From positions 570,001 to 602,000 of the forward strand of contig NZ_CP021983.2 of assembly GCF_002075285.3 (NCBI RefSeq): DNA of 32,000 nt, in the 5' to 3' direction. Under the pieces are notes generated by a model. That model was not told the DNA's origin, ran no database searches, and was given only the letters and a program-made list of their open reading frames with translations. Shown one piece after another: positions 1-8,481 of this stretch. The position numbers and the translations under genes are program-made. Position 1 is the first letter of the stretch. Every line of letters begins with the position of its first letter. This stretch comes from Halomicronema hongdechloris C2206. Its GTDB lineage: Bacteria > Cyanobacteriota > Cyanobacteriia > Phormidesmidales > Phormidesmidaceae.

Positions 1-101
1 TCCTGTCAGAGCTAAGTGAGAATTTGTCTCACGGGCTATCTTTTGTGATGGGGTCTCCGATGTAGCTTATTGCAATAAAATCTCTTTAATGGAGGTGTTG
101 A

Positions 102-1130
102 GTGCAGACCTACGACAATCCCAAGATCCGATACGAGTGGTGGGCGGGTAATGCTCGCTTCGCCAATCTGTCAGGGCTATTCATCGCCGCCCATGCGGCT
201 CAGGCGGCCCTGATTACCCTGTGGGCAGGGGCATTTACCTTGTTTGAGATATCCCGCTATAGCGCCGAGGTCCCCATGGGGGAGCAAGGGTTGATCCTAC
301 TGCCCCATTTGGCCACGTTAGGCTTTGGTGTGGGTGAAGGGGGGCAAGTCGTCACGACGTATCCATTCTTCGTTATCGGCGCCATTCATCTGATTTCATC
401 GGCCGTGCTAGGGGCAGGGGGGCTGTTCCATGCCCTGCGGGCTCCCAGCGACTTGAAAGACGCCAAGGGGATTGCCCGGCGTTTCCATTTCGACTGGGAT
501 GACCCGAAGCAATTGGGCATTATTCTTGGTCATCATCTCCTGTTTTTAGGCATGGGTGCCCTGTTATTGGTGGGCAAAGCCATGTATTGGGGCGGGCTGT
601 ACGATGCCGCCTCTGAAATGGTGCGAGTTGTGACTCAACCCACTCTAGATCCCTTGGTGATCTACGGGTATCAGACGCACTTTGCCAGCGTCGACAACCT
701 TGAGGATCTCGTCGGTGGTCACATCTATGTGGGGCTACTGTTGATTGCCGGAGGCATCTGGCATATTGTGCGGGAACCTCTGCCCTGGGCTAAGCGGGTG
801 CTAATTTTCTCTGGAGAAGCGATTTTGTCTTACTCTCTGGGGGGCATTGCCCTGGCAGGGTTTGTGGCTGCTTATTTCTGTGCAGTGAATCCTTTGGCCT
901 ATCCGGTTGAGTTTTATGGGCCGTTGCTGGAGGTTAAATTTGGGGTCAGCCCTTATTTTGCCGACACCATAGAGTTGCCGATGGGAGCCCATACGGCCCG
1001 GTGTTGGTTGGCTAATGCCCACTTTTTCCTGGCCTTCTTCTTTTTGCAGGGCCATCTGTGGCACGCTCTACGGGCCATGGGCTTCGACTTCCGGCGGGTA
1101 GAGAGGGCTCTCAGTGCCGTTGAGGGCTAA
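102..1130 (+). CDS. isiA: CP43-like chlorophyll a-binding antenna protein (IsiA / CP43-prime family), 342 aa, GTG start
   Basis: The protein starts [49 protein letters not shown] and ends ..[22 protein letters not shown], the PsbC/IsiA helix signature. The 342-aa length lacks the long lumenal loop of PsbC, as in IsiA. GGAGG at 91-95 lies 6 nt before GTG 102. Confidence 0.85.
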   Translation: MQTYDNPKIRYEWWAGNARFANLSGLFIAAHAAQAALITLWAGAFTLFEISRYSAEVPMGEQGLILLPHLATLGFGVGEGGQVVTTYPFFVIGAIHLISSAVLGAGGLFHALRAPSDLKDAKGIARRFHFDWDDPKQLGIILGHHLLFLGMGALLLVGKAMYWGGLYDAASEMVRVVTQPTLDPLVIYGYQTHFASVDNLEDLVGGHIYVGLLLIAGGIWHIVREPLPWAKRVLIFSGEAILSYSLGGIALAGFVAAYFCAVNPLAYPVEFYGPLLEVKFGVSPYFADTIELPMGAHTARCWLANAHFFLAFFFLQGHLWHALRAMGFDFRRVERALSAVEG

Positions 1131-1222
1131 CTGATAGCCAGAGTTTGCCTCTCTGCTAAGGCTGGTTTCGTGCCGAGCCGGGCTCAGGCAATAAGGTTCC
1201 CTCCCAAGCGGGACGGATGCGT

Positions 1223-1251
1223 CGGGTAGTGCCGTTACCCGGCGCTTTCTT
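1223..1251 (+). terminator. Possible intrinsic terminator after isiA
   Basis: A CGGGTA (1223-1228) / TACCCG (1236-1241) 6-bp stem with a 7-nt loop is followed by GCGCTTTCTT. It lies between convergent genes, and the U-tract is short. Confidence 0.3.
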
Positions 1252-1253
1252 AG

Positions 1254-1733
1254 TTAGGGGCTCTTCGTATCTGTGTCGATGTATTCCCGCCAGCGTTGGA
1301 TATGGGTGCCTTGTATGTCAATTGCGATCGCATCCTCGGCAGTGGACACCTGACCGCTAGATCGCTCCACCTCCTGCCAAGACCACTCCACCATGGCCCG
1401 GTTCTCCTGAATCACGACATTGCGGATATCAATGGCAGTGACCTGATGGGTGGCCATGAACGTTTGACAGGCCTGCAAAATTGCCTCTGGCCCTTGCCAG
1501 CACTGCCCCGGCACGATGAATTCTCCCGTGGGGCCAAACAGGGTGGCAAAGGCCTGGCCGTCCCCTTGCAACCAGGCGCGTCGAGCTAGTTGGATGACGG
1601 TTTGCATCATCACAGATGGATCCATGGTCTGAGTCGCCCCCCGGGTAGGAAAGATAATGGCGAGGAGGCCATAGGTCGAGAATGCGCGTCGATACACGAA
1701 AGTCGAGGAAATGTCGGCAATTCTGGCAGTCAT
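1254..1733 (-). CDS. SnoaL-like / NTF2-fold family protein
   Basis: The C-terminal ~120 aa (..IQLARRAWLQGDGQAFATLFGPTGEFIVPG..AMVEWSWQEV..GTHIQRWREYID) fit the SnoaL/NTF2-like pattern. The track ORF extends to 1874, but that part overlaps the upstream hydrolase gene. The first non-overlapping ATG is at 1733; an alternative ATG at 1625 gives 123 aa. Confidence 0.6.
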   Translation of the reverse strand: MTARIADISSTFVYRRAFSTYGLLAIIFPTRGATQTMDPSVMMQTVIQLARRAWLQGDGQAFATLFGPTGEFIVPGQCWQGPEAILQACQTFMATHQVTAIDIRNVVIQENRAMVEWSWQEVERSSGQVSTAEDAIAIDIQGTHIQRWREYIDTDTKSP

Positions 1734-1755
1734 CGATGGTCTTTGCCCTAGCCCC

Positions 1756-2640
1756 TCATAGCAGCGTCTGTCGGAAAAAGTCGAGGGTTTCTTGCCAGGC
1801 CGCCGCCGCCGCCTCAGGGACATAACGTTGGCCAGAGGGATTGGCGAAGGCGTGGCCAGCCCCTTCATAGACATGAACGTCGACCGACTTGTCCAGGTCT
1901 GTCAGGGTCGACTCGAAGGCCCGCACCTGCTCCAGGGGAATTGAGCGATCTTCTGCCCCAAAGATGCCAAGAATCGGCATTTGCAAGGGCTCTAACCGAC
2001 TGGCATCGGTAACCAGTTGCCCGTAGTAGATAACGGTGGCGTCGATGGCTTGGGGCAGGAGCAGGGCGGTTTGCAAGGACCAGGTCCCACCGAAGCACCA
2101 GCCAATGGTACCTACCTTAGCAGCCTGCTGTTCATTGACGAGATAATCGTAGGCCTGCTGTAGATTGGCCTGGGCCTGATCAGGATTATCGCGCACGGCC
2201 TGTACCAACTGGCGAGCCTGGTCAGGGGTGTCGGTGACGGCGCCGTTGTAGAGGTCAATAGCTAGAACCGTGTACCCTTCACCGGCTAAGCGTTGGGCTG
2301 TGGTTTTAATATTCTCGTTGAGACCCCACCATTCATGGATGGCAATGATTCCAGGCCGTGGTTCTTCGACTGGGGTGTCCGGTTGGGTTAGAAACCCAGT
2401 GATGGCCTCTCCCTCGACGGAGGCGTAGGTCACGTCGCGGCTGGTAACGGGCTGGCGTGGTGGCTGAGTAGCCAACTCGGTGGCGACGGGCTGGTCGCCA
2501 GTGTGCTCCTGGGCCATAGAGTCTAGGGAGGTGTCTGGGGTAGGCGCGTCAGCGCTACAGGCAGTGACCACCAAGATCACTGCCAGGGCAATCCCGAACA
2601 GGGGGGCGAACCAAGGGTGCGATCGCATCGAAGCCCTCAT
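1756..2640 (-). CDS. Dienelactone hydrolase family protein, probable lipoprotein
   Basis: IAIHEWWGLNENIKTTAQRLAGEGYTVLAIDLY, GWCFGG (nucleophile elbow) and VYEGAGHAF are DLH-family hallmarks. The N-terminal signal peptide has a lipobox-like VTAC. Confidence 0.8.
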   Translation of the reverse strand: MRASMRSHPWFAPLFGIALAVILVVTACSADAPTPDTSLDSMAQEHTGDQPVATELATQPPRQPVTSRDVTYASVEGEAITGFLTQPDTPVEEPRPGIIAIHEWWGLNENIKTTAQRLAGEGYTVLAIDLYNGAVTDTPDQARQLVQAVRDNPDQAQANLQQAYDYLVNEQQAAKVGTIGWCFGGTWSLQTALLLPQAIDATVIYYGQLVTDASRLEPLQMPILGIFGAEDRSIPLEQVRAFESTLTDLDKSVDVHVYEGAGHAFANPSGQRYVPEAAAAAWQETLDFFRQTLL

Positions 2641-2770
2641 CCATAGTCGTCACGATCGATTCTATCGAGCCTAGATTTAGATAGGTGGCAATCGATGGAT
2701 CTGGGCTGGCTGAATTTCCATAGCTCCGGCCTAGCCGCCTATCCTAGAAAGGGACCTGTTGGAGACATCC

Positions 2771-3712
2771 ATGAGCCGCGCTGATACCCCACAGCAACGT
2801 CCTATGCGGATTGCAGTTGTTGGCGATGTCCACGATCAGTGGAGCGATGACGACGGGATAGCCCTAAAGCACCTACAGGTAGATTTGGTGCTACTGGTGG
2901 GGGACTTCGGTAACGAGGCCGTAGAAGTGGTACGGTCGATTGCCAAGCTGGATAGCCCCAAAGCCGTCATTTTAGGCAACCATGATGCTTGGTATAGTGC
3001 CACTCCCTGGGGTCGGAAAAAATGTCCTTACAATCGCCAGCAAGAAGATCGAGTCCAGCAACAACTCGATCTGCTCGGAACCGCCCATGTCGGCTACGGC
3101 AAGTTAGATTTTCCGGAGTTGGGCCTGAGTGTAATCGGTGGTCGCCCCTTTAGTTGGGGCGGATCAGATTGGACCTGTGCCGACTTTTATCGGCAGCGCT
3201 ACGGTATCACCGATTTTCAGGCCTCAGCTGCTCGCATTCAACAGGCCATTGATGCCAGTAGCCAAGACACCCTAATCTTCGTCGGTCACTGTGGCCCCAC
3301 TGGTTTAGGCAATGCCGCCGAAGCCCCCTGTGGTCGTGACTGGAAACCCCTCGGCGGTGATTTCGGCGATCCCGACCTACGTCAGGCCATTACCTATGCC
3401 CAACACCAAGGCAAGCAGGTACCCTTAGTGACCTTTGGCCATATGCACCACCGCCTGCGCCATACCCAAACCCTAGAACGCCAACGGCTGGCCATTGACC
3501 AACATCCCACGATGTACCTCAATGCCGCCAGCGTGCCCCGGGTAGTGAACACAGGCTCAGACCAACGGCGTAATTTTTCGATCGTGACCCTAAGCAAAAC
3601 TCATCAAGTCCAGCACATTTCCCTCTGCTGGCTCAACCAGCAGCATCGCCTTGTCACCGAAGACGTGATCTATAGCTTGGATGGTCTACCGACCCTAGCA
3701 GAATTGGCGTAG
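2771..3712 (+). CDS. Calcineurin-like metallophosphoesterase (resembles the cyanobacteria/plant TIGR04168 family, from memory)
   Basis: Metallophosphoesterase motifs are present: RIAVVGDVHD, LLVGDFGNE, ILGNHDAW, FVGHCGP, TFGHMHH. The track start at 2759 is TTG; the first ATG is 2771. Confidence 0.7.
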   Translation: MSRADTPQQRPMRIAVVGDVHDQWSDDDGIALKHLQVDLVLLVGDFGNEAVEVVRSIAKLDSPKAVILGNHDAWYSATPWGRKKCPYNRQQEDRVQQQLDLLGTAHVGYGKLDFPELGLSVIGGRPFSWGGSDWTCADFYRQRYGITDFQASAARIQQAIDASSQDTLIFVGHCGPTGLGNAAEAPCGRDWKPLGGDFGDPDLRQAITYAQHQGKQVPLVTFGHMHHRLRHTQTLERQRLAIDQHPTMYLNAASVPRVVNTGSDQRRNFSIVTLSKTHQVQHISLCWLNQQHRLVTEDVIYSLDGLPTLAELA

Positions 3713-3797
3713 ATAGCATTACAGATTAGTAACTCTGTACGGAAATCCCTAGGGTAGAGCGGCAAGATCAAGAAAGCACTCCCCAGGAGTTTGAGGT

Positions 3798-6656
3798 ATG
3801 GCCCCTACCCGATATAACCGGTCCGGGTGGACACGATTGGCGATAACGTTACTAGCCACTGGGCTAGCCACGGGAGCCATGGCTACTCTGGTTCCGGTGG
3901 CAACCGCGCAGAACACAAATCCATCTCCGCCCACCAATCCAGATCCTCCTCCCTCAACTCCTCCTACTAATCCCCTGCCTCCTGCCAATCCAGGGACTAA
4001 TACACCAACTCCTGAGATTGATATTGATGACGTGCCGTCCCCTATTCTACGGCCAGTTGTCTCCCCCTTGGAGTTGCCACAATTACTGATCCAGGGACAG
4101 CCAACGCTGGTGGGCTACCCTGCGGTTGCCAATGCCGCCATAGAACCGCTAGCAATTCTACGGTTGCCCTTCCCAGAGGTACCGTTATGGCTTTTTCCCC
4201 CAGGGCATCGTCAATTGACATCAGGGTCATTACCCTCTAACTTTCCCGCTGGGTTGCTAATTTCTCCTCCCCTGTTATCCCTCGACCCCTCCTTATTGCA
4301 GGGAATGCCCAATGTCCCTGGGACTACCCAAGTACCTTACATCTATATTGATCCGGGGCAGCAGTCAGAGGTTTCTCCCATCACCATTCCCTCTGCCGAT
4401 CCCAATGTTGTAGTCAACTCCCCCAGCCAGACCTTGGGCCTGAGTCCGGCCATGGAGAATTGCTACGGCCATACCCAAAGCCAAGCAGAGATCGACAGTG
4501 GCCTGGCCAATCAATTAATCCAGTGCTACACCCAGAACTTGGAAGTGGCCCAGCAGCACAACAACCAGGCCTGGACCGCCTATGCCCTAAATAACCTGGC
4601 TGTGGCTCACTTTATCCGGGGCGACTATCGCCAGGCATTGGCCTATCATCAACAGCTGTTGACCCAGGCTCAGGCCCAAGCCAGCGACTTGGAAATCGGC
4701 ATTGCCCTGGCAGGGTTGGGAGCAGCCCATGCGGCCTTGGGACAGTATGACCAGGCCATTGAGCAGTATCGTCAGGCTCTGGATCACTTACCCCAGGCCA
4801 AGGCGCCTCAATGGCGGGCGCTCACCCTGCGCAATCTAGGCAATGCCCTATTAGGACAGGGACAGATCCAGTCTGCCATTGAGTATCAGCACCAGAGTCT
4901 GGCTATTTCTGGCGCCATTGGCGACACCTACGGCCAGGCTCAAGCCCGGGGCAATCTAGGTAATGCCTATGCTCTCTCGGGTCGCTTCGATGATGCCGTG
5001 ACGGTGCAACAGCAAAGCCTAGAACTGGCTCGTCAGTTGCAAGATCCGCTGCAGGAAGCCCAGGCACTGCTGGGGCTGGGAACAACCTATGGCTATCAGC
5101 AGGATTACGATCAGGCGGTGGACTACTATGGTCAAGCTCTGACTCTAACCCGACGGTTGCAGGCCCGCTTGGGAGAGGGCATTGCCCTGACTAATTTGGG
5201 AGATGCCCTATTTCGGTTGAATCGGCTCAGTGAAGCGGAAGGGCGGCTGTACCAGGGCATTGCCATCTGGGAATCTCTGCGGGCTGGATTAGGCACCAAC
5301 GATAGCTTCAAGGTCTCTATTTTTGAGACCCAGGCTGCTACCTATCGCAATCTGCAAGAGGTCTTGGTGGCCCAGGGGAAAATTCAGCCCGCCCTAGAAG
5401 TTGCCGAGCGGGGACGGGCCCGAGCCTTTGTGGAGTTGGTGGCCCGGCGGTCAGGCGCTCAACTGACGGCGCCCTCTCCCCCGACTATTGCAGCGATTAG
5501 CCGCTTGGCTCGCCAACAAAACTTGGCTCTGGTAGAGTACAGCATCATTCGAGACCAGTTTGTGGAGACTCCCCATGGCGCGTCGGTGCAATTCACCAAC
5601 GAGCCCCAGGAGTCGGCCCTATTTGCTTGGGTGGTGCAGCCTTCAGGCCAGGTAAAGTTTCAGCGGCTGGACTGGCCCGCCGACTGGCCTTCCCTAGAAC
5701 AGGTGGTACAACAGGGACGACGGGCCATGGGGTTGCGAGGGCGGGGTATTGATGTTGTCTATACCCCAGAACCCCGTAGCGATCCAGATGCGGCGACAGA
5801 TTTGCAGCGATTGCATCGGCTCCTGATTGAGCCCATCGCGGCCTGGCTGCCCCCCGAGGCCGAAACTCCTGTGGTGTTTGTGCCCCAGGAGGAGCTATTT
5901 TTGGTGCCGTTTCCGGCCTTACAAGATGCAGAGGGTCAGTATTTTCTGGCGCACCATACCCCAATGACGGCGCCGTCAATCCAGTTGCTGGGGTTGACCC
6001 TGGAACGAGCCAATCGTCGCCAGGTAACTATGCCATCGGCAGACTGGTTGATCGTAGGGAATCCGATGATGCCCTCGGTGCCCCTAGACGAGCAGTCCCC
6101 TCAGCCTCTGCCCGAATTGCCCGGGGCTGAAGCTGAAGCGGTTGCGATCGCAGCCTTGGTCAATAGCCAAGCTCTCACAGGGGCCACCGCCACCGAATCC
6201 CTGATCACCCAACGGCTGCCCCAGGCTCGCTATATTCATCTGGCCACCCATGGCCTACTAGACGACATCGACGGCGAGGGAATCCCTGGCGCCATTGCCC
6301 TAACCCCTGACAACCACGAAGATGGTTTTCTCACCGCCAATGAATTATTCCAACTGAAATTGCAGGCCGACCTGGTCGTTCTCAGCGCCTGCGATACCGG
6401 CGGCGGTCGCATCACCGGTGATGGCGTCATTGGCTTATCTCGCTCCTTCCTATCCTCTGGGGCCAACAGCGTCGTCGTCTCCCTATGGACCGTGCCCGAC
6501 GTGGCCACCGCCGATTTGATGACCGCCTTCTACCAAGCCCTACCGACCACGTCCCATAAGGCCCAAGCCCTACGTCAAGCCATGCTATCCACCCAACAAC
6601 GCCATCCCCATCCCAGCGCCTGGGCTGGCTTCACCCTCATCGGCGACTGGCGCTAA
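3798..6656 (+). CDS. Secreted TPR-repeat / CHAT-domain (caspase-like) protein, 952 aa
   Basis: The N-terminal signal peptide (LLATGLATGAMATLVPVATA-QN) is followed by a Pro-rich tract (PSPPTNPDPPPSTPPTNPLPPANP). There are about 8 TPR-like repeats (..LNNLAVAHFIRGDYRQALAYHQQ.., ..NLGNALLGQGQIQSAIEYQHQ.., ..NLGNAYALSGRFDDAVTVQQQ..). The C-terminal CHAT signature is IHLATHG (His codon 6249-6251) and LVVLSACDTGGG (Cys codon 6390-6392). GAGG lies just upstream of ATG 3798. Confidence 0.85.
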   Translation: MAPTRYNRSGWTRLAITLLATGLATGAMATLVPVATAQNTNPSPPTNPDPPPSTPPTNPLPPANPGTNTPTPEIDIDDVPSPILRPVVSPLELPQLLIQGQPTLVGYPAVANAAIEPLAILRLPFPEVPLWLFPPGHRQLTSGSLPSNFPAGLLISPPLLSLDPSLLQGMPNVPGTTQVPYIYIDPGQQSEVSPITIPSADPNVVVNSPSQTLGLSPAMENCYGHTQSQAEIDSGLANQLIQCYTQNLEVAQQHNNQAWTAYALNNLAVAHFIRGDYRQALAYHQQLLTQAQAQASDLEIGIALAGLGAAHAALGQYDQAIEQYRQALDHLPQAKAPQWRALTLRNLGNALLGQGQIQSAIEYQHQSLAISGAIGDTYGQAQARGNLGNAYALSGRFDDAVTVQQQSLELARQLQDPLQEAQALLGLGTTYGYQQDYDQAVDYYGQALTLTRRLQARLGEGIALTNLGDALFRLNRLSEAEGRLYQGIAIWESLRAGLGTNDSFKVSIFETQAATYRNLQEVLVAQGKIQPALEVAERGRARAFVELVARRSGAQLTAPSPPTIAAISRLARQQNLALVEYSIIRDQFVETPHGASVQFTNEPQESALFAWVVQPSGQVKFQRLDWPADWPSLEQVVQQGRRAMGLRGRGIDVVYTPEPRSDPDAATDLQRLHRLLIEPIAAWLPPEAETPVVFVPQEELFLVPFPALQDAEGQYFLAHHTPMTAPSIQLLGLTLERANRRQVTMPSADWLIVGNPMMPSVPLDEQSPQPLPELPGAEAEAVAIAALVNSQALTGATATESLITQRLPQARYIHLATHGLLDDIDGEGIPGAIALTPDNHEDGFLTANELFQLKLQADLVVLSACDTGGGRITGDGVIGLSRSFLSSGANSVVVSLWTVPDVATADLMTAFYQALPTTSHKAQALRQAMLSTQQRHPHPSAWAGFTLIGDWR

Positions 6657-6829
6657 ACCCTATATTGAGAGCGACGACCGATTTTTCTAACCAATGGTCT
6701 AAATGACGGCGACACATTCTGTCCCTACTCCATCAGCCCCAGGGTGTAGCTCCAGAGATTGAGAAATGGCTTGCCCCCTGTCATCCTCTCTAGGCGAATG
6801 GTATAAAGAGAAAGCGTCAGCTCATAGCT

Positions 6830-6914
6830 GGAGAGGTGGCAGAGTGGTCGATTGCGCTCGACTTGAAATCGAGTGTGCCGCAAGGCACCGTGGGTTCGAA
6901 TCCCACCCTCTCCG
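6830..6914 (+). tRNA. tRNA-Ser (anticodon UGA), class II with long variable arm
   Basis: GGAGAGG..CCTCTCC forms the acceptor stem with discriminator G. The anticodon loop CTTGAAA sits in stem CTCGA/TCGAG. The long variable arm is GTGCCGCAAGGCAC, and the T-arm is GTGGGTTCGAATCCCAC. No CCA is encoded. Confidence 0.9.
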
Positions 6915-7201
6915 TATGCCTCAGCCACCTGGTCTCACTGACAGTCTAATGACTCGTGGTGTGCTCTTGGCGAATAGATGATGCAATGCAGCTATTGGGA
7001 TGCCTGAGCAAGCAACGATTCAGTGATGCGCTCACCTCTGGGAATCGCCTGCCATTCAGCCCATCGAGGCTGAAATTGGCAAACGCAAACGATGATCGGC
7101 ATTGAGGTGGCAGGACTAGTGAACTCTTGCACCGCAGAAATCACCCGGCCCCCATCTCTGCCATGGCTGACACCATCGCCAGGGTCAGCTAGGTTGGCTA
7201 C

Positions 7202-7402
7202 TCACGTACCCGATCCCCCCGCGAGAGCATTGTCCTGACCAGTCCATTCCTCTGCCAAGATGTCAGTCAACCCTCCAGAGGGCATCAGCATTCGCTTTTC
7301 CCATCCAGGCACATTACTCGATCTGCAAATGCCGAATACGTGTTTTTTACTTATAATATAAGTAACTAATACTTGACGAGCTTCATGTGGCGAGGTTAGC
7401 AT
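7202..7402 (-). CDS. Hypothetical 66-aa ORF (doubtful)
   Basis: This is an open frame from ATG 7402 (MLTSPHEARQVL..), divergent from the RHH gene. It has no recognisable motif, and its start region overlaps the candidate promoter/palindrome. Confidence 0.15.
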   Translation of the reverse strand: MLTSPHEARQVLVTYIISKKHVFGICRSSNVPGWEKRMLMPSGGLTDILAEEWTGQDNALAGGSGT

Positions 7403-7422
7403 CGCGGTACATGTGAAGCTCG
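7373..7422 (+). promoter_or_regulatory. Candidate sigma70-type promoter plus imperfect palindrome upstream of the RHH gene
   Basis: TTGACG (7373-7378), an 18-nt spacer and TAGCAT (7397-7402). A 9-bp perfect inverted repeat CGAGCTTCA (7377-7385) / TGAAGCTCG (7414-7422) brackets the -10. Alternative reading: a plus-strand hairpin followed by CTTTTGTG. Confidence 0.3.
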
Positions 7423-7467
7423 CTTTTGTGTCTTCAGTTTGTTGCTCATCCATATATCTTTGTCGTC

Positions 7468-7710
7468 ATGCCTGCAAGTAACTCAGTATTAGAAAGGCCC
7501 AAAGCACCTAAAGCTCCTCCAGAGCGTATTCGTCTTAGTTTGGATGTATCTCCTGATCTTTATGGGGTTCTAGAAAAGACGGCAGCAAAAATAGGTGGGT
7601 CGAAAAGTGATGCTCTGAGGAAAGCAATTGTTCTAATGAGCATAGTCGTTGATGCTCAGGCGGAAGGGAAAATATTTGGTATCGCCAATAGCGATGGAGA
7701 GGCCAATTAG
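7468..7710 (+). CDS. Ribbon-helix-helix (CopG/Arc/MetJ-like) DNA-binding protein, 80 aa
   Basis: ERIRLSLDVSPDLYGVLEKTAAKIGGSKSDALRKAIVLM fits the strand-helix-turn-helix RHH pattern. The track ORF starts at a GTG (7426); the first ATG is 7468. Confidence 0.65.
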   Translation: MPASNSVLERPKAPKAPPERIRLSLDVSPDLYGVLEKTAAKIGGSKSDALRKAIVLMSIVVDAQAEGKIFGIANSDGEAN

Positions 7711-7766
7711 CAAGCCAATTATAGGCTTATTCTGATGCTAAAAATCTTGCAAAACTCACCCATTGC

Positions 7767-7955
7767 ATGGCTGAGCCCCCCCAAGAAATAGACTTAAATG
7801 AGAAGCTTGCAAGTCTAGGTCATTCAGTAAATGAACCCGAGGCTAGATCTAAAGGTGCTCAACGCGTTAACGTTTCGCGTATTGAGCACCTTTCTCTTAA
7901 TGATTTAAAAGACAAAGATCCGGAACTCTTTGGCAGCTTCCATATTAAATCATGA
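7767..7955 (+). CDS. Hypothetical hydrophilic, acidic 62-aa protein
   Basis: The ORF starts at ATG and is co-oriented 57 nt after the RHH gene in the same low-GC segment. No motif was recognised. Confidence 0.4.
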   Translation: MAEPPQEIDLNEKLASLGHSVNEPEARSKGAQRVNVSRIEHLSLNDLKDKDPELFGSFHIKS

Positions 7956-7959
7956 AAAA

Positions 7960-8328
7960 ATGAATGACCAATTTGATATCGGGAAAGAATTAGAAGATTT
8001 AGACCCTGAACCTTCGACCCGCGTTGTTTTTACATCCTATCCAGAAACTCCCGAAGAGCGTCAGCGATTGATGGATCATACGTTCCAGATGGAAAGAGGG
8101 CGAGCATTTGATCGACGAGTGAAAATGCTAGTGGTAGAAACTGGACCTTCTATCCTTGCTGCCTTGGTTGTCCTAGCAATCACTATCACCAACCTTATAG
8201 TTATTTCTCCACTAACAGAAACAACAGAGGAGGAGGAACAAAGGGCAGCTTCCCAAATGGGATTAATACTAACTGGAACTTTGGCTTTCGTCTTTGGTAA
8301 AGCCAGTGACTCTAGTAAAATCCCTTAA
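7960..8328 (+). CDS. Hypothetical membrane protein with 2 predicted TM helices, 122 aa
   Basis: ATG 7960 lies 4 nt after the TGA of the previous ORF. There are two hydrophobic spans (GPSILAALVVLAITITNLIVI and MGLILTGTLAFVFG) separated by the acidic TETTEEEEQR. The track start 7930 is TTG and overlaps the upstream ORF. Confidence 0.5.
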   Translation: MNDQFDIGKELEDLDPEPSTRVVFTSYPETPEERQRLMDHTFQMERGRAFDRRVKMLVVETGPSILAALVVLAITITNLIVISPLTETTEEEEQRAASQMGLILTGTLAFVFGKASDSSKIP

Positions 8329-8481
8329 CCAGCTGCGCGTCGCAAAGCAAATATTACTTGTCACTCAGCCGGAATATAGCAGGTAGGGGATGATCCTCTA
8401 GAACAAGAGAATGTTGATCTATAGTGGTCGCCATTGTGATTCAGACATAGACTGAAGAAGTCTGCCCTATCGCTAAGTCTC

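Noticed and set aside
801-1589. Antisense or alternate-frame track ORFs inside isiA (801-1064) and the SnoaL-like gene (1296-1589). The same applies to similar ORFs inside other long genes, for example 5593-5979, 10852-11132, 14327-14708, 21093-21452, 25467-25799, 27531-27854 and 31363-31779.
   Set aside because: Each lies entirely within a longer ORF that has clear family motifs. Their Arg/Pro/Ser-rich composition is typical of off-frame translation of GC-rich coding DNA.
1734-1874. N-terminal extension of the SnoaL-like ORF (track start 1874)
   Set aside because: It overlaps the 3-prime end of the dienelactone hydrolase gene by about 120 nt and encodes an Arg-rich low-complexity stretch. 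An internal ATG at 1733 avoids the overlap.
3749-3988. 79-aa Gly-rich ORF on the minus strand
   Set aside because: It is the antisense mirror of the Pro-rich (CCN-rich) N-terminal tract of the CHAT gene, so the frame is open through low complexity. It has no start context.
3798-6656. TPR-CHAT as a type III-E CRISPR (Craspase-like) effector
   Set aside because: There is no CRISPR repeat array or cas gene anywhere in the window. The protein also carries an export signal, which is inconsistent with a cytoplasmic CRISPR effector.
6725-6981. Two track ORFs (67 aa minus, 71 aa plus) across the tRNA locus
   Set aside because: Both overlap a canonical tRNA-Ser cloverleaf, so they are not credible coding sequences.
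7767-8328. Possibility that ORFs 7767-7955 and 7930-8328 are one frameshifted gene
   Set aside because: The A6 run (7955-7960) lies after the first ORF's TGA, so slippage there cannot fuse the frames. An in-frame ATG at 7960, 4 nt after the stop, gives a simpler coupled two-gene reading. This cannot be fully excluded without homologues.
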